NCBI GenBank assembly: GCA_009103225.1
Contig: RHPI01002503.1
Span: forward strand, 811,585-875,584
Reading direction: 5' to 3'
Source of the DNA: Chlorokybus atmophyticus
Taxonomy: Eukaryota > Plantae > Mesostigma and Chlorokybus algae
Length of the DNA: 64,000 bases
The translations under genes and the position numbers were made by a program. The notes beneath the pieces are model-generated. The model saw only the letters and a program-made list of their open reading frames with translations, did no database searches and was not told where the DNA came from. Shown piece after piece: positions 53,406 to 64,000 of the stretch. The stretch's first letter is position 1; each line of letters opens with the position of its first letter.

Positions 53406-56228
53406 CTAAACCGCTGTTGGCGGATATCCTCGTGCCATGTATCCTGATTGCAAGCCAGAGTGCCGCAAAGTAGCCTGGAACCTGCCGTCAGAAGTGTTGT
53501 CCCGTTGCGGGTGAGCTTCCTCATCGCGTGCTCTTAGAATCCCTGGCACAACGCTCACTTCCATGTCCGTGTTGGTGCGGGTGGTGTCATTGTTTGCAGG
53601 GTTCGGCATGTGCGTTTGGGCGCTATTGGTGCCGGTTTGGTGGCGGCGGTGCAGACGCAAGGCCAGAGGTTCCCCGGGACGCACTCTATGCAGCAGATAG
53701 TCCAGCAGGTGAGACACGGTGCGCACCTTCTCGCCGCCGAGACGCGTGACCACGTCACCCTCGCGCACACCCGCTTCCCACGCTGGCGAACCAAACTCCA
53801 CCTGCCCCAATTTTTTTTCACACTCAGCAATGCATGGCTGCTTGCACAACACACAAAAGCAGTCTGCACCTTGAGAGCAATCAGCCCACTTTCGTGATGA
53901 AAAGAATTGTCGCGCTGTATTTGCGGGTCGGCATCAAAACTCCGCGCCATCTCAGGACTAACAGCTTCCTGCGAGGCATAATCAGCCACGCAGTATGCAT
54001 GACACATAAACACAAACTAGTCAAAATCAACGTTAAAAACAAGTGCATGCCATAACAGGGGTGGAAGAGTGGTTAGTGTAGTTGTGTGTCACACACTATG
54101 TGTGACACATGCACACTACTTGTATAACCCAACTCGAGACAACTTGCCAGGTGCATGCCAAGGTAGGGGTGGAGGAGTGGCCTGCCCTCAGCGAGTGTGT
54201 TTGCAACGCGGCGGGCTGTGCGTGCGGGTATGGCGAAGGCAACGCCCTCCGCATCGGCGCGGATGGCGGCCGCGACGGCGACCACGCGGCCCCGCACGTC
54301 CACGAGGGGCCCCCCGCTGCTGCCCGGGTTGATCGCGCAGTCCGTCTGCAGGTACGCGCCCACCCTTGCACCCCCGCTACCGCGCATACCGATCTCCGCA
54401 GGCGTCCTGCTCGTGCTTGAAACTATACCCAATGTAACAGTACCTCCCAAACCAACCGGATGCCCAACTGCAAAGACACAACACAACATCTGTTCCCACA
54501 ACACAATGCAACCCTACTTTACTCATGATAGGTTGCACAAGGGTATTTAACATGTTTGACACGAGCAAGCTTTGAACAACCACACACCTTTCATCACAGT
54601 TTGTGTCAAACACAACATACACAACTGGTGCTCAGGTGTTGACTGCCAGCATGCCAACAAGCATGTTGTTCTTCACCTGCGATGACCCATTCGCCGACTT
54701 GGGCGTCTCCCTCCGCATCCTCTCGCCATCTCGCCTGCGGTAGGTGCTCTCCCTTGTTGAGCGGGACGCGCAGAACGGCGAGGTCGGTGTGGACGTCGCG
54801 GCCGGCCACCTCGGCCTCCAGCACGCGGCCGCATGTGAGCGTCACGCGCGCGCGGCCGTTGACGGGAGGGACAAGGTGGGCGGACGTAAGGATCAGACCG
54901 CGCGTGCCGTCAACCACTACACCGCTCCCCCTGTTGCGTGCACGAGTTGTGATTGCTGTTGCTTGCCAAGACAGTTCTGTAATAAAAAGCAGAATGACGT
55001 CCGCAGCATGCACTCACGCGTGTCCACATGCATGCCCTTAGATATGCCAACGCGGGTACGCAAGCACGTGCATGTGCTTGTGCATGCGTGTGTGTATGCC
55101 TAACTGCAGTGGCAATGCACACTCACTGGCCTTCCTGAGCCTTGGATGGCGCATGCAATGCGTCACCGAAGAAGTAGCCGAGCACCCCTCGCTCAAGGTC
55201 TTCGGGTCTGCAAACGCATACGCTTCACGTCAATTGAGGCACTCCAAGCATGCAATGCACAGCAACCGCATGAAACAGCAACAAGCCTGCCTGCGTGTGT
55301 CGATGCGCACGACTGCGGGTGCAATTCTATCCGCGGCCACACGCACAAAGTTGTGAGAGGCCGGCACGCCCGCGCGCACCAGGCCGGCGAGGCCCGAGGA
55401 TGCGAAGCAGAGCGGGGGGACTGCAAACAAAAATGATGCTGTGGACGTGGAGCACAAGACGTGCGCCGCCCACCCGCCGGCAAATGCGCACACGGCCGTC
55501 GGGAGCCTTGCCTGGCAAAGCAGCATGCCATAGCAGTTAGGCCTCGGCCAGCCAGCCTTCCAGCTGGCCAAGACTAGAGCATAGCTGAGAGAAAAGTCAC
55601 ACACTCAGCTTTACAAAGGGAGATTGACTGCTGTGCACACCTGTTCATCAGCGCAAAGAAGCATTCAAGAAGCATCAATGCGCTCACTGATGTGAACGTG
55701 AATTGACTGGCCATGGGAGGATAAATCACCCGACCAACAACTTCACGCAGTCAAGAACTGACGTGCATAGTGTATTCAAGTGCTATAGTACCAGCAACAT
55801 GCAAGCCATTGCGATGCTCGTAAGATGATGTACACACCATGAAGAAAGCATGCTGGGGTTGTGGACAGCTGAAGCAAGCAAGCACGCAATTCACCAGCAT
55901 GCACAAGAGGTTTGCTGTCTCGTGCGATTGATCAACACGCCGCATGTGTTTCTTGCGAATTTCAAAATCACAGGCACACATCCACCACCTGTGGCAGCTG
56001 CCTGTGTCTGCCCCTCCCGCCGTCCTTCTCCGTCGGCAGGAGTGGTGCTGAAGAAGGAGGCGACGCTCCTGCGCTAGCACTGCTGTCGCCATGGCAGCGA
56101 GAAGCAGGCGGCTGCTGCCGCTTCCTCCTCCTCTTCGGCCTGAAGTCCTCCGGCAGCCATGACGAGCCCCAGCCGGAGCTACCCCACGCCGGCCCGCACG
56201 ACGCCGCCGCCCAGCCGCCTCCGAACAT
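53406..56228 (-). CDS. HtrA/Deg serine protease with one PDZ domain
   Basis: NFVRVAADRIAPAVVRIDT; GSGVVVD..LILTSAHLV (His); TDLAVL (Asp); LQTDCAINPGSSGGPLV (Ser); HPYLG; PDZ segment VEFGSPAWEAGVREGDVV; TAG at 53406-53408. The start codon is approximate. Confidence 0.9.
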
Positions 56229-56645
56229 GCCGCACGGGACACACACGGCCAAGCACGGCAGCGATCACTTCGCAATTGCGCTGTGGAATTCAAGCTGTCA
56301 GCTTCACTATGTGAACTGTAGTTTACGCAGTGTTGAGTAGACTCGACGCTGCGGAGTTCGTGGTGTGAGCTGTGATGTAGGCGCTTTTGAGCTCACACAG
56401 TGTAAGCCTCGTGCAGGCCACAGTTTGCAGGCCATTTTTTGACATGCACGGTGGGAAGTCTATGGTGTAAGCTTTGTGCACAACACAGTCAGTCTGTTGA
56501 ATCTGCATTGTGAACTTTACAGTACTTCACAACGCAGTTGCACGAGGGCACAACAGAGAGTGCCTGTGTCAAGTCCAATGCACGGCTGGCCTGCAGGTAC
56601 CGCATCCTGTGTCATCGCCTGCGTGTCGATATCGAGATCGAGATT

Positions 56646-56697
56646 GAGAGAGCGAGAGCGAGAGCGAGAGAGAGCGAGAGAGAGCGAGAGAGAGAGA
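56646..56697. repeat. (GA)n/(GAGAGC)n microsatellite
   Basis: Seen directly in the sequence. Confidence 0.9.
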
Positions 56698-57504
56698 AAA
56701 CACCGCCGCTGCTTCAGCTTGCATTAGGTTGCTCTAGGCCCCTTCCTAGCTCTCTGGTGTACACAAGAACGTCAAGGGTATTGTGTATGTTTGATGCCTG
56801 CTTGCCTGAACTGGCTGGAGTGTGCGTTAGCACATGCCGTATGACTGTGCAAGAGTGGCACAGTTGATTGGATAATTGCAACGACGCACTCAGCTGAACT
56901 CGCATGCAGCTTAAGAACCTGCAACATGACCCCATGCAATTGAATTGAAGGACCGGAGACAAAGACTTGGGCACATAACTTCCTTTTTTCGGGCATGCTG
57001 CTGCCTCATGGCATTAACACAGTAGAGCTCTCTCAGTAGAGACACAGCAAACTGCTGCACTCGCACGCACCGAGGCGATTCATGCAACCCATCTGTGCAT
57101 GTGATGGTGGGTCTGATGTGGCATGCAGTGTCGTGTCGCACCACTGCGGAAGGCATTGTACAGAGATCAACACATGCTCATAATACATGTACGTTGGGGC
57201 CTTAGAAGCACCACGCAGCATTGACAGCTGACTGATCGCCGTTCGCGAGCAAAAGCCTTGATGTGCGTGTTTTTATCGTACACTACAACTCGATAGATCA
57301 GCCTCTTCTAAAAACCTGCAACCAGCGGCCACAGCTGGCAGGCACTAACTTATTTATCGCTATGCGTGGCGTGCTTACATACACATTCAAACACTACAAC
57401 TGCACGTCATGTGAGTCCGTGTGATATCGGTACAAGGGGGCTGAAGCTGTGCGCATGAAGTGGCGGGCACTAGGAAGCAATTCTAACAGACGTGTTGGTC
57501 AGCT

Positions 57505-60500
57505 TTACTCCACTTTGAGCTCGGTCATGACATTGAGCTGAGGCCGCTTGTAGCGCCTCAGTAGCAGCGAGGAGCAGACCACACTCACAGAGGAGAAAGC
57601 CATGGCTCCGCCTGCAACCCAAGGCGGGAGGCGTAACCGTAGAGACGGGTACAATGCGCCGGCTGCGATCGGGATGCCCAACACATTGTATCCCAAAGCC
57701 CACAGGTAATTCATCTGTATCCGTCTGACCGTCTTGCGAGAGAGGTCGATCGCCGTGATGACGTCCTCGAGGTTGCTTCGCATCAGCACATAGTCAGCAG
57801 CCTCCATGGCGACGTCTGTGCCAGCACCGACGGCGATGCCAACATCCGCGGCAGCAAGCGCGGGTGCGTCGTTCACGCCATCGCCGACCATCGCAACAAC
57901 CCGGCCTTCGGACTGCAGCTCCCTGATCACCTCAGCCTTGCCGGCGGGCAACACTTCGGACACCACCTTGGCAATGCCAACTTCAGCTGCGATCGCATCG
58001 GCCGTGAGGCGGTTGTCCCCCGTCAACAGGAAAGTCTGTATCTTCATCCGATGCAGGCGCTGCACCACAGCAGCTGCCTCTGGCTTGATTGGGTCTGATA
58101 TACTGAAAGCCATGACAAGCACACCATCGACAGCGGCTAGGATGCCGGTTCTACCCTTCTCTTCTTGTTCACGAAGAAACTCGTGGGCGACAGACAACAT
58201 TTGTATTCCGCACTCCTGCATCAATCGCCTGTTGCCTACAACTACACTCCTGCCCTGAACCTTGCAACGGATGCCGCGTCCATGCACGGCCTCAAACTCA
58301 GTAGGCTGTGGCAGTGCTGCTTTGATGTTGGTCATATCATCAGGCACACCAGCGTGTTGAATGCGAGCGTGCTGCACGACAGCTGATGCCAATGGATGCT
58401 CACTGCTCGCCTGCAATGACAAAGAGCAATGAGGCACAAAATAACATGCAGCACTGCTATCTGAGAAATTGTGCAAGCAGCAGTACACATACAACACAAT
58501 CGTCTTTAAGCGCATACCTCTGCTGCGGCAATAAGAGGCAACACTTCCCGCTCTTTCGCAGTACCGAGCAACTTGGCACCCGTGACCATGGGTTTACCTC
58601 TTGTTAGCGTGCCGGTCTTGTCAAAAACAACTGTTTGGATCTGTGAAGTGGAGAGGAAACATATTATTCTGCTGCCATCTAACAAACTCAGGCTGAACTG
58701 AAATATTGTTTATCATATGACAGTACCTGATGGCCTCTTTCAAGAGCATCCCCGCCTTTGATAAGAATTCCATTAGAGGCGCCAACGCCAGTGCCCACCA
58801 TGACTGCTGTCGGAGTCGCCAGCCCGAGTGCGCAGGGGCAGGCAATGACAAGGACAGCAATGCTGAACAGAACTGCCAGCATGAAGTGGCTGGTGCCGAC
58901 AGGGAGCCAGTCATCGGGGACAAAGCCGCACGCGCCAGCCATGAACCAGACGAAAAACGTGATGACTGCCAGCATCACCACAACAGGCACAAAGATTGCC
59001 GACACCTTGTCTGCAAAGGCCTGCAACAACGGCTTCAGGGGTCAACACCTTGCAAGCGTGCATGCCGTCAAGTTGAGATGCACTACGCATGCACACCTGA
59101 ATGGGAGCCTTGGACATTTGTGCAGCCTCAACTAAGCGCACAATCTGGGCAAGCGCAGTCTCCGCCCCAACACGAGTTGCGCGCACAAACAAAACGCCAC
59201 TGGTGTTTATCGTTCCGCCAATCACCGTGTCTTTCACCCGTTTTGACACTGGCAGCGGTTCACCCGAAATCATGCTCTCATTTACATAGCTTTCCCCGGA
59301 GACCACCTCCCCATCCGCAGCCATCTTGGCACCAGGCAGCACTTTCAATATGTCACCGCGCTGCACGAGCTGTGTTGGTATTTCCTACACAGGGCAAGGC
59401 AGTAAGTGTCACATGTACAAACAAGCCAAAAAAAAAAAAATAACAGTATGCATGCAAGGGCTCAATACTGACCTGTTCAGTAACCACTTCCCCCTGGTCG
59501 TTGTAAGAGACGAGAATCGCCTGTGTGGGTGCTAGAAGCATCAATTTGGTTATGGCCTCAGACGTTTTTCGCTTGGCAAGGACCTGCATGCGTACAAATT
59601 AGTGCGATGCACACAGTTGAACAGCCTCCCATATGTACAGCATATACAAGGCTTACCTCCATGTACTTGCCAAGAAGAATGAAGGTGATGAGCATTGCAC
59701 TCGTTTCAAAGAAGTTGTTGCTCTCGATGCTTGCATTGGACGCAGCCACAATGACACTCAAGCAGGAGTAGATATAAGAGGCGTTGGTTCCCAAAGCAAC
59801 GAGTACGTCCATGTTGGCTGCACCATTCTTGAGCGCCTTAACGGCTCCAACATAAAAGCGCCAGCCGACAACGAACTGCACTGGTGTGACCAAAGCCCAC
59901 TTGATGATGTCTGACAGTTGAAACCAGCAGACCTTCATTTCCAGACAGGCTTTGAAGAACGGGATCATGGGCAACACCATGGCTACTAGGAATGTGGGGA
60001 TGGTGAAGGTGGCGCTGAGCAGCAGCAGATTCCTCCAGTATTCACTTTCGGAAGCACGTTTGTGGCCGGCATTGCCTTGACTGTCGGCATCCACTTCAGC
60101 AGCAAAACCGCAATCATCAACGGCAGTCAGCAAAGCACGTGGCCCTGTCTTGTCAGGATGATACATGACCACCTGCAAGACATGCGCTGCTTACACACAT
60201 TGCGCTAGCAGAAGGGCTGGGCAACCTTGCCAAGCTTTCACATGCGAAGTATTTCCATCAAACACCACATACCGCTTTCCCGGCGAGAAGGTTGACACCG
60301 ACATCCATGACGCCCGGCACAAGCAACAAAGCCCGCTGCACAGCACTTGTGCATGCAGAGCAAGTCATGCCTTCAATCCGTAACTTGCAAACACCACTCG
60401 ACGCAAGGGTGATCAGGGCAGCATCAAAACCAGCGTCTTCGATGGCTTCCTTGAGCTGATCAGTCTTCACTTGTGTAGAGTCGTACTCAACTTCTGCTTC

Positions 60501-61864
60501 CTCTGTGGTCAAAGCCACAGAAGCCTTGCGCACGCCTGGCACCAACTTCAACGCCTTCTCTACTGAAGTACTGTGCACAACGTTGAGTCAGCAACCTGTG
60601 CTGGTGCTGGTACCCACGCATATGAGATTTGCAACACAGTGTGCAGTAGCTAACTGCCAGGGTACCTGCATGCGGAGCAGGTCATGCCTTTGACGGAGAA
60701 ACGAGCTGTTTCTATCCGTCGACCTGTTGTCTGCTCAATGGAACCACCTGGCTTTGCTAGAACCTCCACATCAAAACCTGCATCGTCCACTGCTTGCGTG
60801 ATGTCGTCCACCTGATCAGCCTTGTCAGCAACACCACACAATAGCACTAACATCAGTCATGAGAAACATGGCACTGTATTAAACACCTTGACTTTGCTTG
60901 GCAGATACGTGACAACTGCCTTGTTCTGCAAGAGAGCCACTGTTGCTGAGGTGATGCCAGGAACTGCCATGAGAGCGTTCTCAACAGCGGTAGAGCACGC
61001 CGAGCACGTCATGCCGCCAACATGTAAACTGACTGTCTGTTCTTTGGTGGTGGCCTGCATTTGAGGTAGTTCATCCGTAAGGATACATGCAAGAGGTGCA
61101 CGCAACAATTCGCAGTAGTCAATCTGCCTGTAACATGTTCCAAGCTGTGCAAAGTAGACAAAAACTGCGCTTGCGGAAAAAAAAAGTGCCAGCTGATCAC
61201 CATGCCATTCGCATGACAACTCTACAAGAACAGCTGATAGACTTATCGTTGCCCAGCAACATGCACGCAACCATTCAATCCGTTGGCTGCATGATGAACA
61301 ACGCGTCTACAAGACAAACACCGTACGTGCAACAAGAAATGCAGCACACGCGCAAGCATGCAGCCACCTCAGGTACTGGTACACAGACAACCATATAAGG
61401 CGCATTCCTTTAGCATGCATTGTGTTGTGAAGTGGCGCAATTGCAACAAGACGATGGCAATGAATGAACCTCGTATGAAGCCGAAGCAGGTCTTGTGCTT
61501 CTAAAAGGCTATGCAAAATTGCTACATAATTGATTTGGTGCTGAACAGTCTGATAAAAGAGAAGCAACCTTTTATTCGCAGTGAGCAGCTCTTGTGGAAC
61601 AAGAGCTGCTCACTGCGAATAAAACAACACAGCTATTGCTCGCACGCCTGTGTCGTTCTTGTACACGAACAGTCATACAATCACGCTAACAGCGATGTCA
61701 AGTTGAACAACGCTCGACTTGGTGTCAAAAACAATATGCCCCAGTTGTGTTTCTCAGCTGCGCACCTTCTCATCCCAGCCTGTAAGCTCCATGTCGGGCT
61801 CTCCCAGCAGACGCTGAGCTTCCGAATCCATCTTGGCAGTAGCGGGCTTCTTGGTTTTCCCCAT
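57505..61864 (-). CDS. HMA5: P1B-1 Cu(I)-transporting P-type ATPase (HMA5/RAN1/ATP7-like)
   Basis: Three GMTCSAC domains; [17 protein letters not shown]; [10 protein letters not shown]; [18 protein letters not shown]; FDKTGTLT; SEHPLA; [13 protein letters not shown]; YN (TM7) and MAFSS (TM8); TAA at 57505-57507. Orthology to HMA5 versus RAN1 is not resolved. Confidence 0.93.
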
Positions 61865-62937
61865 GTTGGCGAATTTGTGTTTTCCCACACAGTAGAAGAA
61901 GCCTTAGACCAAGCCTAGCCTCCTCAACAACACGCTCCCATCCCAAGTCCACTCTATAAAGACCACGCGCCTAAACCTACGCCAAAGTAGGGGACACAGC
62001 CATAAATAACCGTCCAGAGCTATAATTACTTAGTGAATACCTTTGAGCACAGTAGCAACTCGTTCTATCAATGCCCTTGCCCCTGCCTCCGACGACGACA
62101 GCGACGTCGCCGCCTACGCCGCCGCCCGCGCCACGCGGCAACAAACCCTTAACGTGGCTAGGGTGGACACGCGTACGGTATGACATTGCGTACCGTACCG
62201 CAGCACATCACCATCCGTTCTCGTTGGTTCTCAATTACAGAAACTTCCGCTGCCGCCGTTTTTGCTGGCTTCCTAGTTAGCTACCGGAAGCAGATGTGGA
62301 CTTCCCTGATTTGTGGCTGCCAGTGCGCCAGCTGCACATGCGAGTTGATTAGCAACGGCGGTGGTGGTGGTGGTGACGGCGGTGGTGTCGTTGTGGCTGC
62401 GGTTGGAGTGGTTGATTTCCTGCTGGGTTGTATTCAGTGCTGGACGTTGCACTGCAGGTCAAATCGCTGCAGGACGACAGGCGGATCTTGCGGATCTAGC
62501 TTGTGTGCATTAGGGTTTGTAAGGTGAGCTTTGTGGCATGCATGGGCTTGGCAGCTGTGTTGTTGATAGTCGTTGATTATTTTTATGCGCGTGCTGGTGG
62601 TTGTGAAACCCCAACAGTTAATTCAGTTAATTGCAAACACTCCGCATGTCGCGTAGCCCATCAGCTGACTGCTTTGATTGTTGTTGTTAGTGAACTTGCC
62701 TCGTGTGATGACACCACTTGCATGCCAGTTCGACGAGATCGCAAAGCTCAGTTGTGATTCTCGTTGTAATTGCATTTCTTGTTCCACGTTAAAGCACCAA
62801 AAGTTTCGTTGCCGCACTAGCTGATGACACCGACAGCTCTGTCGTCTATCCAGTTTAAGTCGGTTGATCTTGGCTTCACATTACGATGCTTCAAAAATAA
62901 TTTGGAATTTGGGTTCTGTACAGGCATAGCAGCAAGC

Positions 62938-64000
62938 ATGGAGGAGTGGTGTGCTGTGTGCGCTGAGCCGCTGGAGTGGTGTGCCGTGGGGCGGTGCCAC
63001 CACAGGGAAGTCTGCGCAGTCTGCACTGCACGCCTGCGGCTCATCATGAACGACAGGAGCTGCTGCATATGCAAGCAGCCCTTGCCGGAGGTGTTTGTCA
63101 CCAAGGTGAGATATCAGCTGCTATGCTGTATTGCAGCTGCCTGCCTGTCCTTTCTGCAGTCTCATAGAGGTACACACGACGTGTTGCATGTTGCGTTCAT
63201 GTGTAGTGCCGGGGAGAGTATGACAGTGTGTTGGATGTCTGCAAGGGTTGCACTTGCTTATGCAATGCTTGCTACACTGCAGTTTCTTGGCGACTACACA
63301 GCTACGCCACCAAATTTTGACCAGCTCGCAACCAAAGTTAAGGGCAAGGGTGCTGGTGGAGAGTACTACTACGATGACACTCTGGCAGCTTATTTTGATG
63401 ATGAGGATCAGCTCAAGTACCTGGGGGATATGTATACCCTGACATGCGCCGTCTGCGATTCGGAGGTCCCCGCTGATAAGAAGCCATTCAAAGACACGGA
63501 AGCCCTCAAACGGCATCTCAGCTTGCACCAGGTAACCAGCACAACAGTTGTAGACACCCCCGTGTCGTGGGTTTGCGGCTGGTGCATAGATGCTACTGGC
63601 AAAATGAATAAAGGGTCAGCACATGGCATGCCTGTCTTACTCACACGCTTGTTCTGCAGCGATTCATGTGCGACTTGTGCTTGGAGAGCAGGAAGGTATT
63701 TGTGCGTGAGCAACGATTGTACAGCAAGGCACAGCTTGAGCAGCACCAGCGTGGGGGTTCAGCAGAGGTACCAAGTGCTTGTCTCGATGTGGGGGCACTT
63801 GCAGAGGCATTTGACCAGTTTTGTGCAGGTTGACGGTGGTGCTGAGGAAAGCGGAGGCTTTAAGGGTCATCCGATGTGTGGCTTCTGCAAGCAACGGTTT
63901 TATGACAGCGCAGGTATGCATGTGATGGTGCGGTGAACGCGTGCAGCCTGTCATACTATTTGGTGTCTGAGGCGATACTTTGCAGCTCTGTACCAGCACA
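62938..64000 (+). CDS. ZNF598: RING/C2H2 E3 ligase ZNF598/HEL2 (ribosome quality control); 3'-partial
   Basis: MEEWCAVCAEPLEWCAVGRCHHREVCAVCTARLRLIMNDRSCCICKQPLPEVFVTK|FLGDYT..; GHPMCGFCKQRFYD. Confidence 0.9.

Noticed and set aside
56870-57160. Small ORFs between the Deg protease and the copper ATPase
   Set aside because: No recognisable homology or consistent splice structure; probably UTR or intergenic.

Overview
Intron-rich eukaryotic nuclear DNA from the green lineage. The plant-type protein sequences and the CarB plastid transit peptide suggest a green alga, possibly an early streptophyte (inference). Recognisable multi-exon housekeeping genes: the 3' part of ZFYVE26/SPG15, NAE1/AXR1 head-to-head with FTHFS, an SFI1-repeat coiled-coil gene, NAA30, an uncharacterised membrane-protein gene, plastid carB, an HtrA/Deg protease, a P1B-1 copper ATPase and the 5' part of ZNF598/HEL2. 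There are two accessory zones. The first (~3.4-24.3 kb) holds a UBE2Q-like E2 fragment cut off by a 1.5 kb poly-C artefact, a diverged segmental duplication flanking a PD-(D/E)XK nuclease-like pseudogene, retrotransposon gag and LTR remnants, and a structurally complete 420 bp TRIM (97/98 bp LTRs, PBS, PPT, 5 bp TSD). The second (~42.5-47.6 kb) is an AT-rich island with decayed MULE-like motifs, a nested foldback element, a 31 bp-arm hairpin and a 199 bp tandem duplication. A Copia LTR plus gag remnant sits in an FTHFS intron. All assignments come from manual translation, alignment and motif recognition; no database searches were run, and exon boundaries are approximate where stated.
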